From the IMG/VR virus record IMGVR_UViG_3300020459_000007: DNA of 64,000 bases; one strand, given 5' to 3'. The notes under the pieces are model-generated. The model had not been told where the DNA came from, searched no databases, and saw nothing but the letters and a program-made list of their open reading frames with translations. This document shows, piece by piece, positions 33,689 to 43,384 of the stretch (its first letter is position 1; each line of letters begins with the position of its first letter). This DNA comes from an uncultured virus (IMG/VR IMGVR_UViG_3300020459_000007) (Duplodnaviria; Heunggongvirae; Uroviricota; Caudoviricetes). Position numbers and translations under genes: made by a program.

Positions 33689-36174
33689 GCAAATAAAAAT
33701 TCAAGGTTAGATACTTTCTCTGTTTCCCATCCTATCACATTTGTGATGATACGTAAAGGGTCTAGGAAAGCTTTTTTAAATTGGGCATCACGATCTATCT
33801 GCCCTTCCACTCCCAGTTCACGAGGGAATGTATTAAGGAAAGAGATTACGTTCTCATTACTGATTTTGTTTGGTCTGCGTAGGTAAAGGTATTTTATTTT
33901 CTCACCCTCTTGTACGAGGGGGTACTTGTATTCGAGCTTGTTCTTTGCGATATAAAAATTATAAAGCAAAGTTCCACGAACATGTAAAGGGGTGCCCTTT
34001 GTATACACGGTTCCTGACGCTTTGAATTTGCGTAGTCCATTGACCGACCTAGGAAATGCTATATCTTCAGGTGGTAATAAATTGAATTCAGTCTTGAAAG
34101 TATCTATAAACGATATTAAATCCTTTTCTGTACCACTCATCATGATATTAATGGCATCTTTAATAGCAGTTCGGCATGGTGCAGGTGTAGAAGATTTAAC
34201 AGCTTCGATACCCATCATCTTAAGCTTAGGTTTGTTGTATCGTACACCTTCACTGTCCCATACGTTGAGCATATATCTTTTCTTTGCTGTCCAGATACCT
34301 GATGATGCAATGTTCTCTCGTTTCATGATCATCTTCTGCTCATACGCACTTACGTACTCTGCCAATTCTTTGTAAGCACCCTCAATATAAGGTTCAAGTT
34401 CCATTTCACTGACCTTATTAAGGAACGTGACAACGCTCTCATCAGTTTTTTCTCTTCCCTTGTATACAGTCTCGACCAGAGGACCCATATTGAGGTAGAT
34501 ACTATCAGTGTCACTAGCAATAACATAATCTTCTCCTTCAGTTTTCAATACCTTGTTAAGGTATATGTTCATTTTGTTTTCAATCCAACGAATGCTGAAC
34601 TGACCACCATAAGTAATCGCTTCAGCATTACGTAGATTATAATATCTGAAGTATTGATTTCCAATGGCACCATAGGCACTATTCAATTGGATCTTACGTG
34701 CCATTTGTATGTTATTAAATTTACTAATATCCTTTTCTAATTTGGCAGATGGGTTTCTTTCATACTCATCCTTTGCCTGTATCATTTTCTTCTTATAAAC
34801 GACACGTTCAGTATAGATCTTCTCCATAATTTCTGGTAGAAAACCATGTATATCTTTACGATACTGTGCACCATTAGGTGCTACAGAATATTTCCCATCT
34901 ATTTCGCAACGCTTCCCCAGTAACCCCTCAACGCTTGCCGATGGATGTCTGCTCTCACAGAGAGTTTCGGGTGAGATATTATACTGCATAATAAGATGAG
35001 GATACAGACTGTTGAGGTCAAAATTGACCACCCAATTATAGCGTCCTGGTTTCGGTTCTTTAACATATGCACCTTCGTACTTTTCATTCTTGTTTGATCG
35101 CTTTGCAGGTGGTACAACTACACCTTTCTCTTTGAGAAAATTATAGATGATGGTGTCCCACATCCTCACCTGATAATATACATCTCTTATATTTACCTTA
35201 GCATCATATGCGAGAGCAATGGCAAGTTCTATCAACTTCATCTTATCTTCTAAACGTGTCACAAGTTCCACGTCAAGGATGTTGTAGTCAATAAACTTTT
35301 GCCAGTCCTTCGTGTAGAAGTCCTTGAAGTTTTCAAACTCATTGTGGTCTAATTTTCTTTGACCCAATTCAACAAAGGCAATGTGGTCTAGACGATATGA
35401 TTCTTGATTTGTATAAGTAAATTTCTTATAGAGATCAAGATAATCTACGACATTAATTCCATACATGTTGTACAGTATTTGTTGACGACCTTTTATTTCC
35501 ATCTCTTCTCTGTGCACGATACCCCATGGAGATATCTGCTTCATTTCTTTCTCACCGAAGAGACGTTCTAGTCTACCACATATGTAAGGTACGTCATAAA
35601 GTTCTACGTTCCACCCCGTAAGAATATCTGGGAAATTAGTAGTCCAATAGTGAAGAAAACCACGGAGAAGATGTTCTTCACCGTCACACAATATGTACTC
35701 AACGTCATCTCTATTATTTGTATACGGTTTGGTACCCCATACTTTGATCTTACGACTGATATGGTCTTGTACTGTAATGCTAAGAAGAGGTTGCGAGCAT
35801 TCCTGCACGTTAGGAAAGCCATTTTCACATGCCACCTCGATATCAAGAGATGTAATCTTAAGACTTTTAAGGTCGTAATCAATTTCTTTCGGAAACTCTT
35901 TCGAGATGAATTGATAGAGATACCTGTCATAACCATGAACCTCGAAATTTTCTACATCAGCATACTTCTCTCGGAAAGCACGAGCTTCCCTGATAGACCC
36001 AAACTGTATAGGTTTGGCATACCTACCATCCAAAGTTTTATGCTTTGTCTTTTTTTCTGTGACAATAAAAAGTGTTGGAGAAAACTTAAACTTCCTTTGG
36101 ATACGTTGTCCATTCTCGTACCCCAAGTATAGTAAGTTGTCGCCAACCATTTGAACGTTTGTATAGAAACTCAT
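33685..36174 (-). CDS. gp43: Family B DNA polymerase (T4 gp43)
   Basis: DIE exo [27 protein letters not shown]. Confidence 0.98.
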   Translation of the reverse strand: MSFYTNVQMVGDNLLYLGYENGQRIQRKFKFSPTLFIVTEKKTKHKTLDGRYAKPIQFGSIREARAFREKYADVENFEVHGYDRYLYQFISKEFPKEIDYDLKSLKITSLDIEVACENGFPNVQECSQPLLSITVQDHISRKIKVWGTKPYTNNRDDVEYILCDGEEHLLRGFLHYWTTNFPDILTGWNVELYDVPYICGRLERLFGEKEMKQISPWGIVHREEMEIKGRQQILYNMYGINVVDYLDLYKKFTYTNQESYRLDHIAFVELGQRKLDHNEFENFKDFYTKDWQKFIDYNILDVELVTRLEDKMKLIELAIALAYDAKVNIRDVYYQVRMWDTIIYNFLKEKGVVVPPAKRSNKNEKYEGAYVKEPKPGRYNWVVNFDLNSLYPHLIMQYNISPETLCESRHPSASVEGLLGKRCEIDGKYSVAPNGAQYRKDIHGFLPEIMEKIYTERVVYKKKMIQAKDEYERNPSAKLEKDISKFNNIQMARKIQLNSAYGAIGNQYFRYYNLRNAEAITYGGQFSIRWIENKMNIYLNKVLKTEGEDYVIASDTDSIYLNMGPLVETVYKGREKTDESVVTFLNKVSEMELEPYIEGAYKELAEYVSAYEQKMIMKRENIASSGIWTAKKRYMLNVWDSEGVRYNKPKLKMMGIEAVKSSTPAPCRTAIKDAINIMMSGTEKDLISFIDTFKTEFNLLPPEDIAFPRSVNGLRKFKASGTVYTKGTPLHVRGTLLYNFYIAKNKLEYKYPLVQEGEKIKYLYLRRPNKISNENVISFLNTFPRELGVEGQIDRDAQFKKAFLDPLRIITNVIGWETEKVSNLEFLFA

Positions 36175-36416
36175 TTAGTAACGATCTCGTATTTCTTTTT
36201 GATTTCGTTTGTAGGTTCTACTATTGTAGCAAGAGTTTCAGAATAAAGCAACACGTCTGTATCTGTTGTGTAACGTGGCCAAGGTTCCAAAGTGCCATCA
36301 TCCTTAATAAGATAAGGATCTTCTAGATGACAATTAGGTTCCTCGTCAAGTTGTTCCACTTTGGATATCAGGTGTATTCCCGATCTCAGGATCACTACCA
36401 TCACTTCCATCATCAT
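36171..36416 (-). CDS. Small beta-barrel (Sm-like) hypothetical protein
   Basis: LRSG...P...LEPWP...IVEP; paralogous to the two upstream ORFs. Confidence 0.7.
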   Translation of the reverse strand: MMMEVMVVILRSGIHLISKVEQLDEEPNCHLEDPYLIKDDGTLEPWPRYTTDTDVLLYSETLATIVEPTNEIKKKYEIVTK

Positions 36417-36828
36417 CCTCCAATAATTTTTCTGCTTCTTTAAAGATGTCTTCCATGTCTAAGTCATCATCAAATCCACCTGCAATGGCATCTTCATGTT
36501 TCTTGAAGTTTTCATTGTAGATTTCTTCTTTAATAGCATTGACATACTGTTCAGCAATACTATCCAATGGATCATATGCTGTCAATACATGGTAACCAGG
36601 TAGAAAAAAATCTCTATCCTTACTTAAGGGTGCCCATGGAAACCATGATACCTGATAACCTTTAGTTCTGTCAAGTACAATACCACCCTCAGCATCAGAT
36701 ACAATATCTAATCTAAAAGGTTTGTGCAATTTAAACCCAACAGGTTCTTTAGTCTCAGGATCAAAGACCTCTTGTACTTCAGTTATGACCTCTTCACCTG
36801 ACTTTAATAATAAAAGCTTTACGCTCAT
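36346..36828 (-). CDS. Small beta-barrel (Sm-like) hypothetical protein
   Basis: VKLLLLKSGEEVI...KP...FPWAPLSKD...YDP. Confidence 0.78.
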   Translation of the reverse strand: MSVKLLLLKSGEEVITEVQEVFDPETKEPVGFKLHKPFRLDIVSDAEGGIVLDRTKGYQVSWFPWAPLSKDRDFFLPGYHVLTAYDPLDSIAEQYVNAIKEEIYNENFKKHEDAIAGGFDDDLDMEDIFKEAEKLLEDDDGSDGSDPEIGNTPDIQSGTT

Positions 36829-37217
36829 GCTATTGAACCACCCATCTGACGTACATTCGTCATATAGGTTTCTCTAAGACTTGGTACTGGTTCTAAAATA
36901 GTTACAACCATATTATGATTGATTGCAATTTTAGTCTCTGTTGATAGAGGACACCATGGAGAGTAATGCACTTTTACCTCTGGGTCTTCTATCAGACCAG
37001 TAGTTCCCTTAGTACTAGGTCTCTCATATTCAACCTTGTAAGGGAAATTAAAAATATATGCTTGACGTACGTTACTAGTTTTATCGACTGCTTCTTGTAA
37101 GTCTGTAATCACATTGTCACCATTAAACAAAACAACAATCTTAATCCTATCAGGATTAATCAAAGTATTGTTCTCTCCTTGTGGAGTTACGTTAATGGGG
37201 TCTTTCTTCTTTGCCAT
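36825..37217 (-). CDS. Small beta-barrel (Sm-like) hypothetical protein
   Basis: IKIVVLFNGDNVI...FP...SPWCPLS...ILEP. Confidence 0.78.
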   Translation of the reverse strand: MAKKKDPINVTPQGENNTLINPDRIKIVVLFNGDNVITDLQEAVDKTSNVRQAYIFNFPYKVEYERPSTKGTTGLIEDPEVKVHYSPWCPLSTETKIAINHNMVVTILEPVPSLRETYMTNVRQMGGSIA

Positions 37218-37238
37218 TTCAAATACACTTATGTAAAT

Positions 37239-37274
37239 ATTATAAAGGAGGGATAGACATTTGTCAACCCCTCC
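37239..37274 (-). promoter_or_regulatory. Sigma70 promoter TTGACA-17-TATAAT embedded in a terminator-like hairpin
   Basis: Minus strand GGAGGGG-TTGACAAATGTCTA-TCCCTCC-TTTATAAT. Confidence 0.75.
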
Positions 37275-37281
37275 TATGTAG

Positions 37282-37716
37282 TTAGATGTAATCTACTCTT
37301 TTATGATGGTCTGGAACTACCTTTCCCAATACAATGGTAAGGAGTCCGTCGTCAAAGCTGACGGATCTAACCTCTGTATCGTTGGAGATCGTCCAGTTCC
37401 GTTTAAAGCTACGTCTGGCCAATCCTTTATGGACAAACTCTCCAGCATCTTCTTGTTTTTCTTTGCTGCCTTGGACATGTAATTCTCCAAACTCCGTATA
37501 GACTTTGATGTCATCTTTTTTGAAGCCAGCGGCTGCGATTTCCAATCTTGATTCTTCATTGCTAATTTCAATAATGTTATATGGTGGATAGTTTGATGTA
37601 GTATCTACTCCATCCCAGAATCGATTGAGGTATTCATCCATGCCGATGCTGTTGCGTGTAATCTTCTCCATTAGTTCTGGAAGATTTGCAGCATGGTATC
37701 TTGCTAAATTTCGCAT
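37282..37716 (-). CDS. hsp20: Small heat-shock protein (Hsp20/IbpA-like)
   Basis: NYPPYNI...EIAAAGF...HKGLARRSF...DGLLTI. Confidence 0.95.
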   Translation of the reverse strand: MRNLARYHAANLPELMEKITRNSIGMDEYLNRFWDGVDTTSNYPPYNIIEISNEESRLEIAAAGFKKDDIKVYTEFGELHVQGSKEKQEDAGEFVHKGLARRSFKRNWTISNDTEVRSVSFDDGLLTIVLGKVVPDHHKRVDYI

Positions 37717-37804
37717 AATAGTTCTCCTTAAATAAGCGAGTGTGTTTTCGTACCCGAAGCGTACACTATTATTTAAACACGAACCATAAAAAAAGGTAAT
37801 GGTA

Positions 37805-37830
37805 TTAACCGAAAATATAAGTTCGGTTAA
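37805..37830. terminator. Inverted repeat at the end of regA (possible terminator)
   Basis: TTAACCGAA-8nt-TTCGGTTAA; a T-run follows about 10 nt later on the minus strand. Confidence 0.4.
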
Positions 37831-38249
37831 TCCTCCTTCTTCTTGCCAATGTTATACTTACTCTCTAATGTCCATTCTCCCTTCTCTTTATATGCAAGAA
37901 CTTTGATCTGACTTAGAGGTGCTACGTCTGCTATAACTTCTTTAGCGTTGATAGATACTAATCCCCAATCGCTGAGTAACTGTACTATACGGTTTCTACG
38001 TTGCACATCATTAATACTCAAGTTTGCTTTCTTTCCATCAAGAGCAAACAGTTCTTTAAAATGTACAATATAGTATCTACCCTGTTTGTGAAGGATGTGA
38101 CACGATTGATATAACTTCTTTTCTTTGCGTGAAGCTACTCCAATACGTGTTAATGTTTCTCTAACTTTAAGGAAGTCATCAGGTTCCTTCAACCCGACTT
38201 CTACCATACTCTCAGCAGTCCACTGGACTTCTTCGGTAATTGCACTCAT
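37827..38249 (-). CDS. regA: Translational repressor
   Basis: DDFLKVRETLTRIG...LYQSCHILHKQGRYYIVHFKELF. Confidence 0.97.
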   Translation of the reverse strand: MSAITEEVQWTAESMVEVGLKEPDDFLKVRETLTRIGVASRKEKKLYQSCHILHKQGRYYIVHFKELFALDGKKANLSINDVQRRNRIVQLLSDWGLVSINAKEVIADVAPLSQIKVLAYKEKGEWTLESKYNIGKKKED

Positions 38250-38638
38250 CTTCTTCCTCCCATGTCATGTGTGTTACGAATTTTTTCAATTTGGGTTTTG
38301 GTGAGAAGAGTTAATGCGACCTTTGCTTTCTCGTTACTATAACCATAGTGTTTTTTGACCAGATCCAAGTCATCGACTTGTTCTTTCTTCAACCAAGGGG
38401 AAAACCTTTTCCGTTTCCTCAAAGTATATAGGAAGAAAGAGTATTGCATATCCTTATCAAGATGTGCATTCAAATTCATCTCGTTTGCAAACAGAATGGT
38501 ATCCATAGTACCAGACAAACATCTATTAACTATGTAAGGAGGATAAGAAGATATCGCTGTAGGATCATCAGCAAGGAGATCCTTTTTATTGAAGTTAACA
38601 GAGTTTAACCAGTCCTTAAGTTCATGTTTCATTACCAT
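38246..38638 (-). CDS. gp62: Clamp loader small subunit (T4 gp62)
   Basis: YPPYIVNRCLS...ANEMN...RKRFSPW...YGYSNEKA. Confidence 0.92.
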   Translation of the reverse strand: MVMKHELKDWLNSVNFNKKDLLADDPTAISSYPPYIVNRCLSGTMDTILFANEMNLNAHLDKDMQYSFFLYTLRKRKRFSPWLKKEQVDDLDLVKKHYGYSNEKAKVALTLLTKTQIEKIRNTHDMGGRR

Positions 38639-38841
38639 ACCCTGATAGGTCCTACAACACCTGTCTCAGAATTATTGATTCTGTAGATCATTGTCCTACC
38701 TTGTTTTGTATTGCAGTGGATCTCACCACCTTGTATAATTGCTGTCATTATATCATTACCGAATGTAGAGTATGCACCTCTACGTGTATGATATAGTTGT
38801 GCCTTACCACTTGGCAGTACACGAACCCCCAAACTTCCCAT
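38632..38841 (-). CDS. Hypothetical protein
   Basis: ORF between dam and gp62, overlapping both. Confidence 0.55.
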   Translation of the reverse strand: MGSLGVRVLPSGKAQLYHTRRGAYSTFGNDIMTAIIQGGEIHCNTKQGRTMIYRINNSETGVVGPIRVW

Positions 38842-39658
38842 AATTTGTTAATACTAATTCACGACGGTCTTGTTGATCTGACATGTAAGTGCCTGTAGAT
38901 CTCATTGTATAAGTATGATCATAGTCATACTGGCACCACTCAAGAAATCTCATAATAATATCAGGGTGGTTGTTATAGGATATCATAACATTACATAGAC
39001 ACTTGTCCATGCTATCAGCAAATGCTGCATGATTAAATCCTCTATGCTTATCTCCTTTGTGTCCATACAAAGCATCCTTAATATCATAAGGAGGATCAGA
39101 GTAGATGAACGTTAAGGTCTCATCGGAGTTGAGTTCCTCGTAGGAGAGGTTAGTAATTCTCCATCGCTTGATGAGTTTACTGTACTCTGGCAACCTGTCG
39201 ATCCCCCTAATGGAGAAGTTAGATTGGGATGCTGCCTTTGAGAATGAACTGCTCTCAGTGAGACCAGAGAAAGAACACTTATTAATGATATAAAAATCAA
39301 CTGCTCTATCTTCTTGACATCTTTCACTGTCATTAAGTTTCTCCTTTGCGTCTAAAAATAATTCTCTTGAACTCTCTTCATCTGGATGAGAGTTCTTTGC
39401 CTTTGTAAGTTCACTGTGAAGATAGTCACTGTTATCTCTTAACTGAACCCAGAAATTATATAAAGGTTCATAAAGATCATTGACCCAGATGGGTACATCT
39501 TCTGGTAGTCTCTTGGTCATTTCCAATGCCATACTACCACCACCTAGAAAGGGTTCACGATATTCTGTGATCTCTCGACTAGGCAACCACTGACACAATT
39601 TAGTAACTGCTCTAGACTTACCACCAGGATATCTGAGTGGTGTCTTAAGTTGCTTCAT
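38804..39658 (-). CDS. dam: DNA adenine methyltransferase (Dam/D12 class)
   Basis: LRYPGGKS, EPFLGGGS, DPPY; target specificity not determinable from sequence alone. Confidence 0.9.
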   Translation of the reverse strand: MKQLKTPLRYPGGKSRAVTKLCQWLPSREITEYREPFLGGGSMALEMTKRLPEDVPIWVNDLYEPLYNFWVQLRDNSDYLHSELTKAKNSHPDEESSRELFLDAKEKLNDSERCQEDRAVDFYIINKCSFSGLTESSSFSKAASQSNFSIRGIDRLPEYSKLIKRWRITNLSYEELNSDETLTFIYSDPPYDIKDALYGHKGDKHRGFNHAAFADSMDKCLCNVMISYNNHPDIIMRFLEWCQYDYDHTYTMRSTGTYMSDQQDRRELVLTNYGKFGGSCTAKW

Positions 39659-39941
39659 CTAACCAAATAATGTTTAAATCAGTTAGGTCTAGATCGTCAC
39701 GAAAGTCACCCATTGGAGGTGGAACTAAAGGAAGGTATCTTCCAGTAGGAGGACGAAGAGGTTCTTGTAGCATTTGAACAGTCTCTTCAAACCATCTGTT
39801 CATGGACTTTGCCATAACACGATATGATGTGCCAACATATAGTTGTCCACTTACAACAGCAACAGTTGCTGCACCCCAGAACATATAATAAAATCTAGAT
39901 TTCATTTGTGCTCTGATCTTCTCACGTTTTTTAAAAGTCAT
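39645..39941 (-). CDS. Hypothetical membrane-anchored protein
   Basis: YYMFWGAATVAVVSGQLYVG. Confidence 0.65.
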   Translation of the reverse strand: MTFKKREKIRAQMKSRFYYMFWGAATVAVVSGQLYVGTSYRVMAKSMNRWFEETVQMLQEPLRPPTGRYLPLVPPPMGDFRDDLDLTDLNIIWLDEAT

Positions 39942-40189
39942 TAGACATTCCTGTAATAATCAATAGCAGACCCAAGTCTTTCTACGAAGGAAGGAGATTT
40001 AATCTCTTCTACTACTTCTAGGTCTTTTGCTTTTGCCCATTTCTTATAGGCAATCTCAGTTAGTTTTTGAGATGATTGTTTTCTTGCCTTGATTAGTTTT
40101 CTATTCTTGGCATATGCAGAAGCCATTCGTACAGATTGTTCTGCTCTAAATGCTTCGCGTTCTTCTAAGAAGTTTTCTAGATTAGTCAT
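39941..40189 (-). CDS. Hypothetical helical protein
   Basis: ATGA/TAATG-coupled ORF. Confidence 0.65.
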   Translation of the reverse strand: MTNLENFLEEREAFRAEQSVRMASAYAKNRKLIKARKQSSQKLTEIAYKKWAKAKDLEVVEEIKSPSFVERLGSAIDYYRNV

Positions 40190-41130
40190 TTGAATTCACA
40201 TTCTACCATAATTTCAGTTAGTGCTGCTAAGAGATTAATCTCTTGGTCAGCGACAAATGCAGATTGGTATTGATACTTGGAGATAATCAAAACCGCTTGA
40301 GGTATACTCTGTGGTTTCAATGCATCATACAAGTTATCATATACTGTCCGCAGTATAGCATTTGGATCATTGTCCAAATTACTATTGACCCACTTGCGTG
40401 CGACGGAGAACTCTTTGTTCTTCAGTGACGATAATAATTCGCCAAGTTTGACATTATTTAATACCGCCAGAATGCCAGTGTCGATATTCCCTGTGGAGGA
40501 ATACCTTTGGAGTTCGTTGAGTGTCCTTCGGAAGTCTGGGAAGTACTTCTGGACGACCTCAGCGACCACCGCATTATCAAACTGTACATTTTCTGCGGTA
40601 AGTATTCCACGACACCGTTCAAAAAATTGAGCAGCGATTTGTTGTTTGTCCTTTCCTCTGACATTGCATTCAATAACAGTGGTTCTAGAATGTAGTGGTT
40701 CAATAATTTTGTTCTTGAAATTACAGGTAAAGATAAACCTACAATTTCTTTGGAACTCTTCTATCGAAGCACGTAACAATAACTGCACGTCATGTGTAGT
40801 GTTATCTGCTTCATCTATAATGATGACCTTATGCTTAGATGATGAGGTCAACGATACTGTTGAAGCAAACTGTTTAGCACTGTTACGTACAGTGTCTAAG
40901 AAACGACCCTCGTCTGATCCATTGATCAAATAAGAATCAACTCCTAGTTCATGGCATAATGCTTTTGCAATAGTGGTCTTACCGATACCAGCAGTACCAC
41001 ACAGGAGTAAGTTAGGAACTTCTCCATTGGAAACAAAAGCTTGAAATGTATTCTTAATGTCGGATGGGAGAATACATTGCTCAATAGTTTTGGGACGATA
41101 CTTTTCGACCCAAAGAAAATCATCCTTCAT
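40186..41130 (-). CDS. gp44: Clamp loader large subunit (T4 gp44)
   Basis: LWVEKYRP, GTAGIGKTT, IIDEAD, PLHSR, PDFRR. Confidence 0.97.
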   Translation of the reverse strand: MKDDFLWVEKYRPKTIEQCILPSDIKNTFQAFVSNGEVPNLLLCGTAGIGKTTIAKALCHELGVDSYLINGSDEGRFLDTVRNSAKQFASTVSLTSSSKHKVIIIDEADNTTHDVQLLLRASIEEFQRNCRFIFTCNFKNKIIEPLHSRTTVIECNVRGKDKQQIAAQFFERCRGILTAENVQFDNAVVAEVVQKYFPDFRRTLNELQRYSSTGNIDTGILAVLNNVKLGELLSSLKNKEFSVARKWVNSNLDNDPNAILRTVYDNLYDALKPQSIPQAVLIISKYQYQSAFVADQEINLLAALTEIMVECEFK

Positions 41131-41788
41131 ACTTACTATCAGGTTCTAGTGCGATGAGATACTCAAGATCTCTTTTACTATCTCTGAATAGAGATGCGTT
41201 CTGTTTACTAATAGTAACCTCATAATCACCAGGTAGCAACTTGAGGTTTTCAACTTTAAAGTTGAAACAAAATTCTTTGTCGGTAATCCCTACCTTGACA
41301 GCGTAACTGTTAGAGGTATCGTTCTTCTTGTCACGTACGACAAGTTTAACACTAGCACCATCACCAACAACTGCTAGATCTTCAATCTGATAGATTGCTG
41401 CTGCCTTGATGATGTTAGAGATATCACTCCATGCTACAGTAAAGCACACATCCTTACTAGGAAGTTCCACCTTGTTCTCAGGTGGTTGTACAATTGTAGA
41501 TGGATCTGCAAAGAAATATCTTGACTGACATTTACTATCTTTGATCATAACAAAGTTGTCATTGTCAAAAGTAAAGTCAGGATTTTCAAAAAGTGATAGT
41601 CCAGATAGGAACTCACTTAGATCATAGATTGCAAATGTCCTTGGGAACTTCTCTTCAATCACCGCACGTGATAATATATTCTTCTGTATGGATAGAGTTG
41701 ATAACTCTGTACCTTCTTTGAAGCAGATTGATTGGTTGATGTTAGAGAAGTTCTTGAGGATATCAAGAGTACCTTTTGAAAGTTTCAT
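41120..41788 (-). CDS. gp45: Sliding clamp (T4 gp45)
   Basis: MKLSKGTLDILKNFSNINQSI...IYDLSEFL...YLIALE. Confidence 0.95.
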   Translation of the reverse strand: MKLSKGTLDILKNFSNINQSICFKEGTELSTLSIQKNILSRAVIEEKFPRTFAIYDLSEFLSGLSLFENPDFTFDNDNFVMIKDSKCQSRYFFADPSTIVQPPENKVELPSKDVCFTVAWSDISNIIKAAAIYQIEDLAVVGDGASVKLVVRDKKNDTSNSYAVKVGITDKEFCFNFKVENLKLLPGDYEVTISKQNASLFRDSKRDLEYLIALEPDSKYEG

Positions 41789-42213
41789 TTACTAAAATAA
41801 TATAATAATACACAATAGTGTATTGCTTTAAGAATGTCGTCTTGGGGACGACCTTTTTTGTCGTACCGACTAAGGTACTTGATTGCATTAGATCTACAGA
41901 ATGCTTCTGCGTCTCCAATACTTTCTATTAGATCAAGGGTCTGAATTTTACCACTGGCATAATGCTGAGAGTAAGTCTCTTTGATGTACTCATTCGCTAT
42001 CTCCAATGTTAGATCTTCATCATACTTACAGACCCTATCTTCATCTATAACGATGTTACGATCCCCTGTTATAGGGTGTACGTCACTTTCCTTAAAGGAA
42101 GTGTCGTAGTATTCGTAAGGATCAAGTTCTTCCATAGACCTCTGTTTGATGGGATATTCTTCGTCGAGGGTTCCACTTAAAATAGAACCCGCTAAACTCC
42201 ATGCATTTATCAT
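41785..42213 (-). CDS. DUF3310/SaV-like protein
   Basis: TYSQHY...FCRSNAIKYLSRYDKKG...DILKAIHY; start set to MINAW just after the upstream stop. Confidence 0.75.
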   Translation of the reverse strand: MINAWSLAGSILSGTLDEEYPIKQRSMEELDPYEYYDTSFKESDVHPITGDRNIVIDEDRVCKYDEDLTLEIANEYIKETYSQHYASGKIQTLDLIESIGDAEAFCRSNAIKYLSRYDKKGRPQDDILKAIHYCVLLYYFSK

Positions 42214-42214
42214 A

Positions 42215-43291
42215 TCAAACTTTTTCCTCAAAGTCAACATCTGCATCCACCTTGTCATATAACTCTTGGAATGCTTGCTTTGTCTCATCGTCAAACCTAC
42301 TGATACAAGTGGTGATTGCCTTAGCACGGTTACCAAAGATCTGGTATGCTTTAACGATGTGCACAAGTCTACGTGTGCTGATAACCTCATCAATACCACC
42401 ATCGTAGAATGTCTTACGGATGATGTCTGCCCAGTCAACTAACTTCTTATTGAAGTCATCCTGAGGATTGATGATGTCAAGCATCTTCTGCTCACTTACA
42501 GTTGATGGGTATGACTGCTCAAAAGTAACAGGGAACCTTTCTAGGAATGCTTCGTTGAGTACGTTAGTACCTACGAACCTACCATCTTCTGAACCCTTAC
42601 CCTTAGTGTTAGCAGTAGCAACAACTGTAAAACCTGGTGAAGGTTGTACGAACTTACCTATCTTCTTAAGGAAGACACCCTTACCTTCAAGGATAGACTG
42701 TAGACATAGGATCTTGTTAGATGCTAGGTCGATCTCGTCAAGTAATAGAACTGCACCTCTTTCAAGTGCTTCGATGACAGGACCGTTGTGCCATACTGTG
42801 TTGCCATCAACAAGTCTGAAACCACCGATGAGATCATCTTCGTCTGTCTCGATAGAGATGTTAACTCTGATGAGTTCTCTCTTTGCCTGAGCACATGCTT
42901 GCTCTACAGAGAATGTCTTACCGTTGCCAGATAAACCTGTAATGAATGCAGGATAGAATAACTTAGAAGAAATAATTTTCTTAACGTCAGTAAAATTACC
43001 AAACTTAACGAAGGTGCTATCTATAGAAGGAACTAGGTTTCTCTCTGCTGAGGGCAATACAGAGGGTGCTGAGAGTGATTTCTCTAGGATCTCTCTACCT
43101 TCAGCGATAGTTAGTTTCCATGCACCCTTCTTAACTTTGTAACCTAGTTTAGTTAACTTGCCACCTACTGTAGCATATGTGCAGTTCTGTGATGCTGCAT
43201 ACTTCTTAACATGAGATGCGTCTATCTCACTACCATACTGTTCACGTAGTTCTTCAACGAAGTTGACGGATAGTTTTCTCTCGAAGGTCAT
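42215..43291 (-). CDS. cobS: MoxR/CobS-like AAA+ ATPase
   Basis: GLSGNGKT, LLLDEID, ATANTKGKG, AFLERF, ISTRRL; start set to MTFERK downstream of the promoter. Confidence 0.88.
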   Translation of the reverse strand: MTFERKLSVNFVEELREQYGSEIDASHVKKYAASQNCTYATVGGKLTKLGYKVKKGAWKLTIAEGREILEKSLSAPSVLPSAERNLVPSIDSTFVKFGNFTDVKKIISSKLFYPAFITGLSGNGKTFSVEQACAQAKRELIRVNISIETDEDDLIGGFRLVDGNTVWHNGPVIEALERGAVLLLDEIDLASNKILCLQSILEGKGVFLKKIGKFVQPSPGFTVVATANTKGKGSEDGRFVGTNVLNEAFLERFPVTFEQSYPSTVSEQKMLDIINPQDDFNKKLVDWADIIRKTFYDGGIDEVISTRRLVHIVKAYQIFGNRAKAITTCISRFDDETKQAFQELYDKVDADVDFEEKV

Positions 43292-43325
43292 GATGTAAAA
43301 ATTGGAATTGCGTTTGTATATATTA

Positions 43326-43382
43326 ATAATACCAATAAAAAAGACCCCTGTGTAGGGGTCGTGTGCCACTTTGTCAAGTGGT
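43326..43382 (-). promoter_or_regulatory. Cyanomyovirus early-type promoter (palindrome + GC hairpin + extended -10)
   Basis: CCACTT-GACA-AAGTGG CACAC GACCCCT-ACAC-AGGGGTC TTTTTT ATTGG TATTAT. Confidence 0.65.
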
Positions 43383-43384
43383 TT

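Noticed and set aside
42215..43291. cobS as evidence of phage cobalamin synthesis
   Set aside because: Generic MoxR ATPase; no cobN or other cob genes in the window
41785..43369. Upstream extensions of track ORFs 41785..42438 and 42215..43369
   Set aside because: They overlap the AAA gene or the promoter; starts reassigned to 42213 and 43291
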